Below are positions 11,060 through 22,360 of a stretch of 64,000 nt of DNA, one piece after another. The translations under genes were made by a program, and so were the position numbers. Origin of the DNA: Eledone cirrhosa (taxonomy: Eukaryota). Below the pieces are notes generated by a model. That model did not search any database, was not told the origin of the DNA, and saw only the letters and a program-made list of their open reading frames with translations. The stretch is taken from contig OZ024740.1 of the NCBI GenBank assembly GCA_964016885.1, positions 104,842,001 through 104,906,000 on the forward strand. The letters run 5' to 3'. How positions within the stretch are numbered: the first letter of the stretch is position 1; each line of letters begins with the position of its first letter.

Positions 11060-12612
11060 ACAGCAGTGGGAGCAGCTATTGAAATTGACAGTTATAGAGG
11101 CAAAGAAGCAATCAAGGAGATAAAGAATGGTAAAGCCATGGTATTGTTAGAGAGAGTTAGTGAGATGCTGAAAGCATAGGAAGAAGTAGAAGGTGAACTA
11201 GTAACCTGCATAGTCAATCAGGTAATACGGGACAGAGTCATGCCCAATGACCTGCGCTGCAGTACAATAATAAATTGCTACAAGGGTAAAGGTGATGCTC
11301 TCCAAACAAGAAACTATAGAGGAATAAAACTAATATAAAAGTGATGGAAAGATTTGTAGCACAGCTAATTAGGGAAAGAGTCAAAATAGATGAGATGCAG
11401 TTCAGTTTCATACCAGAGAAAGTATTACAGATGCCCACTTCTTAATATCGCAAGTTCCTAGCCAAGAATAAGCTACTATATTTAACTTTTGTTGATCTAG
11501 AGTACCTTGATCTATTATCTGTGGCCCTTAAGGAAATTAGGTGTAGAAAAATAGCTAGTGAGGGCAGTGCAAGCCATGCACAAAGGAGCTGTCAGCAAAA
11601 TGAGAATAGGAAATGAGTTTAGTAAGGAATTCAAGGTACACTTAGAAGTTCATCAGGGATCGGTTCACAACCCATTGCTGTTCATCAGAGTTCTCCAGGC
11701 TATAACAGAGAAGTTTAAAACTGTCCATGGGAACTTCTCACTGCAGATGATCTGGCCCTTATATCTGAATCCATAACAGAACTAGAGAATAAGTTCCAAT
11801 TATGGAAACAGAATTTGGAATAAAAAGTTCTGAGAATAAACTTAGTTAAAGCTAATGTGCTAGTAAGCAGGAAAGTAGATAGGGCCCTGATTCCTTCAGG
11901 TAAAGTGCCCTGCTCAATATGTAGAAAAGGAGTAGGCATAAAATCTACACAATGTACACAGTGTAAATTTTGGACACACAAGAGATGTAGTGGGATATCA
12001 GGTAGACTAACAGGAAGCGAAGACTTTGTATGTAAAATAATGTGCTGGGGTAATCAACGAGAAGAGCATCAGTGCTATAAATCTTTTCCAATCACAAATA
12101 GGATCCATGGAAGTGGTTGGTAGCTTCTGATATCTAGGTGACCTAATTAGCATTGGGGGTCTCCATGAGTATAATAGTTAGAATAAGGATAGAATGGAAG
12201 AGGTTTAGAGAGCTACTCCCACTGTTGACAAGAAAAGTTTTCTCTCTACATACAAAAAGATGGCTGTATGATGCCTGTCTGTGAAGTAAGATGCTGAATG
12301 GTAAAGCTTGAATGAACTGAGGGAAAAACTGGGTTTAAGAAGAATCCGAATTGGTGTGCAAGAGAGAAGACTTCCATGCACATTACATGTAATCATCCAT
12401 GCACATTACATGTAATGTGCATGGATGATGATTGCTGGGTGAAGAAGAGGTAGGAAATTCAATGGAAGGAAGCTACAGTTGAGATAGAGCAAGGAAGACC
12501 TTGGCAGAGGTGGTGATAACTGATTTCATATTGCTGAGGATAAATGAATGCAGCATGTGGAGAGATGATGTATAAGCATAGAAAACGGATGTAAAAATGA
12601 TATTGATGATAT
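11060..12612 (+). mobile_element. Degenerate RTE-clade LINE (RT with Cys/His zinc-finger insert, GAT-type tail), with many stops and frameshifts
   Basis: Remnants VHQGSVHNPLLFI and PCSICRKGVGIKSTQCTQCKFWTHKRCSG, YLGD-like and RGRARKTW-like segments; 3' end GCATAGAAAACGGATGTAAAAATGATATTGATGAT. Confidence 0.8.
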
Positions 12613-12617
12613 ATATA

Positions 12618-12620
<3 letters not shown>

Positions 12621-12715
<95 letters not shown>

Positions 12716-12966
12716 ATGTATGTATGTATCATCATCATCATCATCGTTTAACATCCATTTTCCATGCTAGCATAAGTTTATATATATGTATAATACACCA
12801 AAACCACAAGGACCTCCAGAGGTTCACTGATGAGAAGAGACTGTCCTCTGTTTCATCTGTTTTTCTGTTGTCTTCAGCCACCTTTATTTGGATTAATTAT
12901 ACATCATCTAGTCACATCTAGTTTCTCCAGCCACATGGCAATGGGCCATGACATTAATGTCTTAAG

Positions 12967-13052
<86 letters not shown>
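12621..13052. repeat. (TA)n/(TATG)n microsatellites at ~12621-12728 and ~12971-13052, with a short (CAT)n-tailed retroposon end at ~12729-12772
   Basis: Directly visible simple repeats; CATCATCGTTTAACATCCATTTTCCATGCTAGCAT is the reverse-strand family B/RTE tail. Confidence 0.9.
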
Positions 13053-13053
<1 letters not shown>

Positions 13054-13371
13054 TCATCATCATCATCACTGCTTTACGTCCGTTCTTCCACGCTAGCAGT
13101 GAGTGCTGGGTGCTTTTTTTTCCATCGCGTCTACACGTCCAATTTACAGTGTGGGCTGGGTGCTTTTTTTGCCGTGGCACCTCCACGACAACTTTGCAGT
13201 GGAATGATAGGGACTCCAGTCCTATCATCTCATTTCTACAGCTGAGTAAACTGGAGCAATGTGAAATAAAGTGTCTTGCTCAAGGAAACAATACATCACC
13301 CGGTCCGAGAATTGAACTCACAACCTTTCGATTGCAAGCACAATGCTCTAACCACTAAGCCATGGGCCTCC
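13053..13371 (-). mobile_element. tRNA-derived SINE, family B
   Basis: The reverse complement begins TGGAGGCCCATGGCTTAGTGGTTAGAGC (A box) and GAGTTCAATTC (B box), then CTTGAGCAAGACACTTTATTTCAC. It is near-identical to 17488-17670 and has a (GAT)n tail. Confidence 0.87.
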
Positions 13372-13380
13372 ATATATATA

Positions 13381-14626
13381 TGATGTCACTTGCAGAAAAG
13401 ACCCTCAACAGGATGATTCTTAACAGGATCCAGCCTGAGATGGAGAAGAAGCTCAGGGACAACCAGAACGGCTTCAGAGAGGGAAGATCAACCACCAGTC
13501 ACATCCTGATGCTGAGGAGGATATTAGAGGGGGCTAGAGCAAAGTGCCTTCCTGCGGTCATGGTTTTAATTGACTTTAGGAAGGCCTTTGATTCTGTGGA
13601 CCGTCACTGCCTGATGAAGATCTTACAGGCTTATGGAATCCCCAAGAAGATAGTGGACCTGATATCACTGCTCTACACTAACACCAAAGCCCAAGTCATT
13701 ACACCTGATGGGATAACAGAGTTCTTTGAGATACTGGCTGGAGTGCATCAGGGAGATACATTGGCTCCCTACCTTTTTATCATCGTAGTGGACTATTGTA
13801 TGCGCCATGCACTGGAGAAACACCAGGACTCTAGCTTTACTGTAGCACCAGCTCAGAGCAGGAGATTTAAGGCGAACAAATATCGGATGCTGAATTTGCC
13901 GACGACATAGTTTTGGTGACAAATACAGTGAGGGAGACAGAGGATTTGATGCAGGAGGTTGAGACTGTGTCGATGAGTGTGGGGCTGAGAATGAATAAGA
14001 CTAAAACAAAATATCTGGTAGAGAATGTTGAGAAGCCAGAGGGATCACTAATGCAGACGGGAAGCCGCTAGAATTGGTTGAGGACTTCCTGTATTTGGGA
14101 GCAAAGATTGGGAATACGGAAGATGATGTGGTTGAGAGGAAGAGTAAAGCCTGGGCGGCGTGCCACAGCTTGAGATCGGTGAGGAAGTCGGACCTTCGTA
14201 AAGACCTGAAGATCCGCCTCTTCATTGCTGTAGTGGAGTCTGTGCTGCTGTACGGGTCTGAGACTTGGACACTGACCAAGAAACTCACTCAGATGGTGGA
14301 TGGGTGCTACACAAGAATGCTGAGGATGGCTCTGAACATTAATCAGTATACACTGAGGTTGAAAAACTCAGAGCTGTATGGGAGCCTCCCAAAAGTCAGC
14401 TCAAAAGTGACACAGAGGAGACTGAGGGTAGCTGGACATGCTCACCGGCATCCAGAGTTGACATTGCACTCAGTGGTCCTGTGGGAACCCCTACATGGAC
14501 ACACTGGAAGAGGAAGACCAAGGTTAACGTATGTTGATGCCCTAAGGACAGACACTGGTCTGTTGGAGACACAGGACATGGCAGCGATAATGAGAGACAT
14601 GGATCTTGGGAATTTTACCCGCCCTA

Positions 14627-14628
<2 letters not shown>
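13381..14628 (+). mobile_element. 5'-truncated RTE-clade LINE (reverse transcriptase, frameshifted), flanked by TA repeats
   Basis: QNGFREGRST, IDFRKAFDSV and GVHQGDTLAPYLF (13362-13910); EFADDI in another frame at ~13892; FLYLG, VESVLLYGSETWTLT, RLRVAGH and GRGRPRLTY (14074 onward). Confidence 0.9.
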
Positions 14629-14696
<68 letters not shown>

Positions 14697-14879
14697 TTGT
14701 ATCTATATATATAAAACTGAGGTTGTGTGTGTTAAGGTTTGTAACATATGCACGTTCACAATTTCCAACCGATCCTTTTCAAAGTCGAGACAATTATTGC
14801 TTTTGGTCAGGAGAAGGTCATGAAGCAAAAAAATCTCAAATCAATCAACAATAAGGGCAAAAATCGATTATCATTTGAG

Positions 14880-15165
14880 GTTTAACACACCTCCCTATAG
14901 TTTCTTAGCTTTACTCTCTCCGTCGCTCATCCCTCTCTCTATAATAGATCATTCCCCCTCTCTATAATTTAACTGCTTTACTCTCTTCATGCTTTGAAGT
15001 TTAACATACCTCCCTATAGTTTCTTAGCTTTACTCTCTCCGTCGCTCTTCCCTCTCTCTATAATAGATCATTCCCCCTCTCTATAATTTAACTGCTTTAG
15101 TCTCTCTGTCGCTCCTCCCTCTCTCTATAATAGATTATTCCCCCTCTCTATAATTTAACTGCTGG
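14880..15165. repeat. Subterminal tandem repeat inside the Helitron (~120-bp unit with ~60-bp subrepeat, about 2.5 copies)
   Basis: GTTTAACA.ACCTCCCTATAGTTTCTTAGCTTTACTCTCTCCGTCGCTC at ~14880 and ~14999; CTATAATAGAT.ATTCCCCCTCTCTATAATTTAACTGC occurs three times. Confidence 0.85.
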
Positions 15166-15261
15166 GGGAGTCATTGGAGTTCCTTATTGACATACGGCTT
15201 TTTGGGAGGATTTTAAATCGCCATCATACAGCTTGCAGTACATTAGGAAAATGGGCAAAAT

Positions 15262-17150
15262 TTGACAGTTGTCTTGGAAGGGTTTACACTGTGCCCCCAA
15301 GTCAGTGAGTGCTTTCATCTCCGCCTTCTTCTGCATGAAGTTGTAGGCCCACAAAGTTTTCAGGACCTCAAAACTGTTGATGGAGAAATATGGGATACGT
15401 ACCGGGAAGCCTGCTTTAAGCGTGGTCTTTTGGAAGATGATTCGCAATGGGATTCCACTTTAGCAGAGGGTGCTTTGTTGAAATCACCTAAAAGTCTACG
15501 GGAACTCTTTGCCATTTTGCTTCAAAAGTGTGAATTGGGTGATCCCAAATCTTTATGGGTCAAGTACAGAGACTTCATGTCTGAGGACTTCCTGCGCCTG
15601 GCTCATCTGCAGTATCCTTCAGTGGAAGTTGGTTACAGCGGCATTATCTACAACAGGGCACTCATTGATATCGAGGACGCCCTCCTCGACATGGGTGTGA
15701 GTGAGTTGGCGATGTATGGCTTACCGTCAACCGTCAGAGAGGAAGCTAACACGCTGGCCCTGGATTTGTTGCGGGAAACAGCATATGACATCGAATCTCT
15801 TTCCCAATACTTAGAGGAAAATGAGCCCAAACTTCTGTCGGACAAAAGGTTGGCCTATTTAACTATCATTGACACGGTTCAAAATCAGACTGAGGGTATT
15901 TACTTTCTCGTTGCTCCTGGGGATACCGGAAAACTTTTGTAACGAAATTGATTTTCACTATGATTCGTCAGGAGAAAAAAATTGCGTTGGCTGTTGCATC
16001 GTCCGGGATCGCTGCTACTTTGCTGCCGGGAGGAAGGACAGCACATTCAACCTTTAAACTCCCCTTGGATTCAGTAAAAACTGAGACACCAACATGCAAT
16101 ATCAGCAAGAGCTGACACGAAGCTCTGGTTCTCAAAAATGTTGCCTCATTGTTTGGGATGAGTGCACAATGGCACACAAGGGTGCCTTTGAGGCATTGGA
16201 TGGGACCCTGAAAGACATTAGGGATTCTATGGCTCTTATGGGTGGCGTAACCCTTCTGCTATCAGGGGATTTTCGGCAAACGTTGCCTGTCATCCCCAAA
16301 GGGACAAGAGCTGATGAAGTGCGTGCCTGCCTTAAGTCATCCACGTTGTGGCCCCAGGTGAAGAGTTTGTACCTGAGTACAAATATGCATGCTCATTTGC
16401 ATGGTGACAACATGTCTGCAGCATTTGCTCGGAATATCTTAGCACTTGGTGAGGGCAAGGTCCCTGCGGATGACAAAGGCGCCCTTGTCATCCGCAGGGA
16501 AGCAGTTTTTCCTAATGTCTCATCTAACTTTAAAAACCTTGACTGGCTCAGCGAAAGAGCCATCCTTGCTCCGAAAAATGCCATGTTATTAACGAGCAGC
16601 TGATTGAGAAGATTCCCGGTAAAGAGCACATCTTCAAATCTATTGACCGGACGTCAGACCCCGACGATATCGTTAATTATCCGGTTGAGTTATTAAATTC
16701 CCTTGAGCCCCCAGGGCTCCCACCTCACATTCTTAAGCTTAGGGTTGGCTGTCCCATTATGCTAATAAGGAACTTGCGTCCACCAAAGCAGTGCAACGGT
16801 ACATGCATGGTCGTCAAGTCACTGACACCCCACTTGATTGAGGCCATCATTGTAACGGGGTGCGGGAGAGGGGAGAATGTTTTCATTCCAAGGATGAACC
16901 TTTTCCCCTTGGCGTCAGATATCCCGTTCAATTTCTGGTGATCCCAATTCCCGATAAGACCATGTTTTGCCATGTCCATTAACAAGTCACAAGGGCAAAC
17001 ATTGTTGGTGGTGGGCATCCATTTGGGGGAGCCATGCTTCTCCCATGGCCAACTTTATGTTGCCTGTTCCCGCGTAGGGAGCAGGAATGGACTTTTTGCT
17101 TACACTCCTCAAGGGATGACACGCAATATCGTCTACAAAGAGGTGCTATA
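15262..17150 (+). pseudogene. Helitron RepHel C-terminal PIF1-family helicase, disrupted by frameshifts and stops; Rep/HUH domain absent
   Basis: FHLRLLL..GPQSFQDLKTVDG..TYREAC..GLLEDD; Walker A-like APGDTGK; AVASSGIAATLLPGGRTAHSTFKLP; IVWDE; GDFRQTLPV; LIRNL..CNGT; FAMSINKSQGQTL; FSHGQLYVACSRV, spread over several frames. Confidence 0.92.
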
Positions 17151-17487
17151 GATGTTGGTGCAGGTGTTGGAGGTGTTGGAGCTATGCCGTCTGGAAAACT
17201 ATTTCCTGGTAGATTCACCCATGACGGACAGATCTGACACCCAGTGGCATCAGGGCCACCATCTTGCAACTTTGGTCTGCTAAATTTGCTATTGGAAGAT
17301 TATTAACCCATCATTGATTGTCCAAAATGCTAATTGGTTCGTAACTTTTAATAACCGGTTCTACTGCTTTATGCCCTTAATTGATAAGCTTATTCGCTTT
17401 CAAGCCACGTTTACCTGTATGTAACTTTTCATAGCAAATAAACAAACCCGAGCAACGCCAGGCTAAACTGCTAGTATATATATATAC

Positions 17488-17838
17488 TGGAGGCACATGG
17501 CTTAGTGGTTAGAGCATTGGCCTTGCAATCAAAAGGTTGTGAGTTCAATTCTCAGACCGGGTGATGTGTTGTTTCCTTGAGCAAGACACTTTATTTCACA
17601 TTGCTCCAGTTTACTCAGCTGTAGAAATGAGATGATAGGGACTGGGGTCCATATCATTCCACTGCAAAGTGGTCGTGTAGGCGCCATGGCAAAAAAGCAC
17701 CCAGCACTCACTGTAAATGAGGTTGGTGTTAGGAAGGGCATCCAGCTGTAGAAATCAAGCCAGAATCAGTTCCCGTCCCACCCTTGCAAGCAGGGAAAAG
17801 CGGACGTAAAATGATGATGATGATGATGATGATGATGA
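17488..17838 (+). mobile_element. Full-length-looking family B tRNA-SINE with RTE-type 3' tail
   Basis: TGGCTTAGTGGTTAGAGC and GAGTTCAATTC boxes; GTTGGTGTTAGGAAGGGCATCCAGCTGTAGAAA; ends CCCACCCTTGCAAGCAGGGAAAAGCGGACGTAAAA(TGA)n. Confidence 0.87.
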
Positions 17839-17859
17839 TATAAATATATATGTATATGT

Positions 17860-17970
17860 GGAGATGACGAAGGACCGTGACAAGTGGAGAGATGCTGTGC
17901 TGAATAGGACCCATCCCACCCTTGCAAGCAGGGAAAAGCGGAAGTAAAATGATGATGATGATGTTGATGA

Positions 17971-17973
<3 letters not shown>
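17860..17973 (+). mobile_element. 3' terminal fragment of an RTE LINE
   Basis: Encodes MTKDRDKWRDAVLNRT (RTE C-terminus-like), followed by the same CCCACCCTTGCAAGCAGGGAAAAGCGGAAGTAAAA(TGA)n tail as the adjacent SINE. Confidence 0.65.
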
Positions 17974-18007
<34 letters not shown>

Positions 18008-18224
18008 TAATGTTAAGACCTGTAACATAATCGTATTTATTGGATAATACGTATTTCAATGACATCAGTTTGGAACTACTATGCAATCATTACAACAGCA
18101 ACTGACACCGCTGTGATATCATCAGATATTGACACAATTATGTAAAGGAGTTCATGTCACTAGCAAACACTTCCATGTTTGTAAAAGTCCTGTGAATATA
18201 TATATATACACACACACAATGCAC

Positions 18225-18365
18225 AATGGGTTTCTATATTGTCTCCATCTACCAAATTTCTTCACTCACAAGGAATTGACCAACTTCAGTCTAGAGTAGA
18301 ATACATGTGCCTAATGTGCCACATGATGGAATATCATTTCAACCTCACAGCCATACCTGCACCTA
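18225..18365 (-). mobile_element. Degenerate SINE fragment of a third family
   Basis: CTACCAAAT..CACTCACAAGG..AGTAGAA.ACA.GTGCC.AA.GTGCCAC..CACAGCCATACCTGCACCT resembles, from recall only, an abundant octopus tRNA-SINE in reverse orientation. Confidence 0.45.
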
Positions 18366-18753
18366 GTTTAGAACATATTTTCCTGTTAATCCATTATACT
18401 TTCTGAGCAGCATATGTAGTTGTTGCAAATCAATGAATCGATCAATCATTGTAGGTTTGTAAATATTAACTACCAATAGCTATAAAATTCCACTTTTTAG
18501 ATATCAAATTTCAGAATAAAGCTAAAATTGATTTAATTTCCTGAGAATTATGCTTTTTTTTTGTTTGTTTTAACCTTTAATCAAGGTTAAATAAACTACA
18601 CGAGAAGTTAAATAGTTGTGATTGATTATATAGAATACATTGCAATATTTGTTCTACACACACACACATATATATATGCATACATATACCTACATATACA
18701 TATCCATACATACACTTACATCTATACACACACACATACACACACATATATAA

Positions 18754-19115
18754 ATCATCATCATCATCATCGTTTAACATCTATTTTCCACGTTAGCATG
18801 AGTTAGACAGGTTGTCCCATTTGAGGCAAGGCAGGTCAGGTGGATGTGTCTTGCTTATACAGAACTGTTTCTAGCTTGATTTCTACGGCTGGATGCCTTT
18901 CTTAATAATGCCAACCACATTTACAGTGTGGGCTGGGTGCTTTTTGTCATGACACCTACACGACCACTTTACAGTGTGAGCTGGGTACTTTTTGTCATGA
19001 CTCCTACATGACCACTTTACAGTGTGGCTGGGTACTTTTTGTCATGACACCTACATGACCACTTTACAGTGTGGGCTGGATGCTTTTGTTGTGATACCAA
19101 CATGACAACTTTACA
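18754..19115 (-). mobile_element. Family B-related retroposon 3' portion with ~4 copies of an internal 48-bp repeat
   Basis: (CAT)n CGTTTAACATC tail, TTTCTACGGCTGGATGCC, then the GACCACTTTACAGTGTGGGCTGGGTGCTTTTTGTCATGACACCTAC unit (GACACCTACA at 18951, GACTCCTACA at 18999). Confidence 0.75.
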
Positions 19116-19289
19116 GTGTAAGAGTAGTGTAATCAGATTTGGGTTGTTGTTGGGGCATGTGAGGTGTATGGAAGGGAGAATAGTGGTTAAAAGATGCCTA
19201 CTAGATGTATGTTTCAGGTTGTCCACATTGAAAGGTGGGTCTTCTGTATTACTGCATAACACCACAGATCTTAATCCTCTTTGAGAGGT

Positions 19290-19660
19290 GCAATTGTGCA
19301 AGGTCAGCTTTTATCACAGGTTTTCCTGTGTCTCGCTACTCCATAGCTTCCATCAACTTTGATCACCCTGCACATTTCTATACAGCTATCATCTTTCATA
19401 TACATCACATGATCATACCAACACAATCTCCTCTCTTGCATACTGCATCTGATCCCTCCTATGCTAAATTTCTCTCTCAGTTCCTTTACGCTTTGCTGTT
19501 CATTTATATCACTATTACACATCCATCAGAACATGCAGGCTTCATTTCTTTCTGCACACAGTGCCCAGGTCTCACTTCTATGCAACATTGTGTTTTTGTA
19601 TACATGCACTGTACAATCTGCCCTTCATTTTAGAGAAAAACCTTTTGTAGCTAGCAGCAG
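19290..19660 (-). mobile_element. RTE LINE C-terminal fragment, related to 11060-12612
   Basis: ORF 19304-19522: ELREKFSIGGIRCSMQERRLCWYDHV..DDSCI..C..IKVDG..RHRKT. Confidence 0.75.
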
Positions 19661-19939
19661 CAGTAGCTCCCTGAGGATGAAGTAACATCTTGTGGTCTCT
19701 AGTATGCACCCCCCCCCCCCTTCCATACACCTCCCACATCTTAACTACTCCACCCCCTCACCAGCTAAATACCCCCCACTAGACCTACCAGCCAATTCCC
19801 ACCCTACATACATGCAGCTCCCACTTTCCACATCTGATGCACCTCTCTTGGCCAACCCATATTTCAAAATATGGAAAGCTGAACATGCTCTCCCACAATA
19901 TTGTTGAAATGGTTAAAAGCTCTCAGTCTACTCTGTAAT

Positions 19940-20638
19940 GTGGTCATGCTGGTGACACAACAAAAGCCCCTGGTCCACCATGTAAGGTGCTCACATTGGT
20001 GCCATGACAAAAGAGCACCAAGTCCTCTCTTTTAGGTAACTTGACAAAAGAGCACCTAAGCCTCTCTGTAAGTTGGTCATGCTGGTGACATGGCAAAAGA
20101 GCACCTAGTCCACCCTGTGAGGTGATCATGTTTGGAACACAATAGAAGGTACCATGTCCACCCTGTAAAGTGGTCATGTAGGTGGTACAACAGAAGGTTG
20201 GTGTCATGACAAAGAGCATCCAGTCAACCCTGTAATCTGGTTGTGAGGGTGACATAACAATAAGCACCCAGTCCACCTTGTAAAGTGGTCATGCTGGTGA
20301 CATGATAAAAAAACGCCAAGTCCACACTGTAAATTGGCCATTCTGCTGCCATGACAAAAAGTGCCCAGTCTACATAGGAAAATAGTCATGTTGGTACCAT
20401 GACAAAAAGTGCCTAGCCCACACTGTAAGGTGGTCATACTGATGACAATAAAAAGCACCCAGTTTACACTGTAAATTTGGTTGGTGTCAGGAGAGGCATC
20501 CAGCTGTAAAAACCAAGCTAGAAACAGTTCTGTGTGAGCAAGACATGGTCACTTGTTCTGACTCATCTCTAATGGGACAACATGTCTAACCCGTGCTGAC
20601 ATGGAAAAATGGACGGTAAACAATAATGATGATGATGA
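19940..20638 (+). mobile_element. Family B-related retroposon with expanded internal ~48-bp minisatellite (about 11 diverged copies)
   Basis: Repeated TGTAAAGTGGTCATGCTGGTGACATGACAAAAAGCACCCAGTCCACAC-like units, then GTTGGTGTCAGGAGAGGCATCCAGCTGTAAAAACCAAGCTAGAAACAGTTCTGT and the tail CATGGAAAAATGGACGGTAAACAAT(GAT)n. Confidence 0.75.
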
Positions 20639-20759
20639 TATATATATATATGTGTGCGTGTGTGTGTGTGTGTGTGTATCAGTGTGAGTTTGTGTGTGTA
20701 TATGTACGTATGTATGTTCTTCCAGTTTTATAATTTCACAAATTTTTGCCAATAGAGAG

Positions 20760-21510
20760 AGAGTTGGTTTCTAATATAGATACAAGACTCTGTCATTGGA
20801 ATTTACACAACATCAACTAGGTAGATATGTATGCATGTCTACATGGATGCTTGTGTGTGCAGGTATGGATGTTATTGTATGTATAGAGGTGTATGTTTTG
20901 AGTTATATGATGCAGAATTTTTACTGTTCCATTAATGGATTGTACTTGCAATTTTCTAATTAGTCGTGTTCTTTCTGATTCTGTGAAGCCCAGCTTCTCA
21001 AGATTTGTATTGAGGCAGTTACTAACATATCCCAGTGCCTTAATAATCACAGGTATAGTCAGGGTGGAGTATCTGCAGATTTCTCATTAGTTCTGCATAG
21101 ATATTCTCCTTTTCGCTAATCTTTAATGTTATATTCACATCTGCTGGGCAGCTAACTTCCACTACTGTGCATGCCTTCTTTTCCCTGTCCCATATCATTA
21201 TATCTGGTCTGTTATGCCTGCATTTTATTGGGCTTTTGACTGGAACATTCCACCAGTACTCTTTCATATTATGCATATGTATGTCTTGCACATTGCTGTA
21301 ACTTTTAATGTGTTTATTGTTGGGGCTATCTTCTCTACAGATTGCATTGTACAGTGTTTTGGCCACTACATCATGCCTCATAGGTAGATAGTACTGTGAT
21401 GACATCTTTGGACTGCTACTTATGAGATGGGTGACATCTTCGATGTTAATTCTGCAGAGCCTGAACTTGTTTTCACATCTAGGTGTTTTGCTTGCATCCC
21501 TATCTCTTTT
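20760..21510 (-). mobile_element. 3' fragment of an RLE-bearing non-LTR retrotransposon (R4/Dong-like)
   Basis: CCHC-knuckle remnant (FRLC..EDVTHLISS), YYLPMRHDVVA, HNRPDIMIWD..VVEVSCP..EKENIY (PD-(D/E)xK endonuclease), and after a frameshift IIKALGYV..LQVQSINGTVKI; sits next to (TG)n. Confidence 0.85.
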
Positions 21511-21521
21511 GTATGGATGTA

Positions 21522-21597
<76 letters not shown>

Positions 21598-22064
21598 GGG
21601 CATAAACAGTGTAATTATTATTTTTGGAAAAGAAATAATAGCCCTGAAATTAACAAAAAAATCATGATGTTAATAATGTAGAAAATCCTTCTCCCTCTAC
21701 TAATAATAACTCATCTCAATCATGTTGGGTGATAATCTTTTTATGTTTTTAATATATCATAGCAGAATACAAATTGAGACATTGCATGTGAGAGGAGACA
21801 GAGTTGGATTAAACCTGTATGGGGTCCTTGGTTGAATATTTAATTAGGGAGGGTAGGGGCCCTTTTGTATTAATTATGGTAGCAAAAAAGAAAAAAAAAA
21901 TTAATTTGAAGTTCTTTAAATATTGTGGGATCTCAGGCTACAGCCCAGTCAGCGATCCTTCATTCTCTTAATTCATGACTGGGGAGAGTTGTAAAATGTT
22001 TTGATCAACCAAGACAGTGGGATATGGGTTGGTTCTAATTGAGAGCTTTACTGTTCAGGGTTGG

Positions 22065-22360
22065 ATTAACCATCTTCTTTGACCACTTATTCCTGGGAGG
22101 GTCAGAGGCAGCCTGAGTTCAGAAAAACTCTTTCCAATGGGTCCTATCAGAGCAGCTCTCTCCAGTTGATTCAGCTGGAACCCCAAGTGAGACCAGTTGA
22201 GCTCATGGATATTATGCAATTATCTTGCTCAGGGTCTACCCCTGGGTCTCCTGCTGGTTGGTTTTGTCTGTAAAATCTGTTCAGCAATTCTTTCTTTAGA
22301 CATCATAACCACATGTTCATAGTATCAGAGCTATGATCTCTCAATTCAAAGAAGCTCTAA
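22065..22360 (-). mobile_element. Degenerate RTE LINE 3' end (not in the ORF track)
   Basis: Manual minus-strand translation EHVVMMSKERIAEQILQTKPTSRRPRGRP*AR* matches the RTE GHVxRM..RPRGRPRxRW pattern; ends CCCTCCCAGGAATAAGTGGTCAAAGAAGATGG. Confidence 0.65.

Larger units (their letters stand above)
14702..17474 (+). mobile_element. Internally deleted Helitron with both termini, inserted between A and T
   Basis: 5' A|TCTATATATATAAAACTG; 3' CCCGAGCAACGCCAGGCT (imperfect hairpin)..CTAG|T at 17471-17474; no TSD; encloses a PIF1-type RepHel fragment. Confidence 0.9.

Noticed and set aside
12473-13245. YI/HT/VC/poly-His ORFs here and at 17729-18806, 21422-21681 and 23450-24038
   Set aside because: Microsatellite translations.
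15262-17150. Host PIF1 helicase gene
   Set aside because: Intronless, frameshifted and bounded by Helitron termini.
17488-17560. Functional tRNA gene (also the heads at 1824, 6482 and 13300-13371)
   Set aside because: A and B boxes are present, but there is no clean cloverleaf or anticodon stem and the sequence continues into a SINE body and tail.
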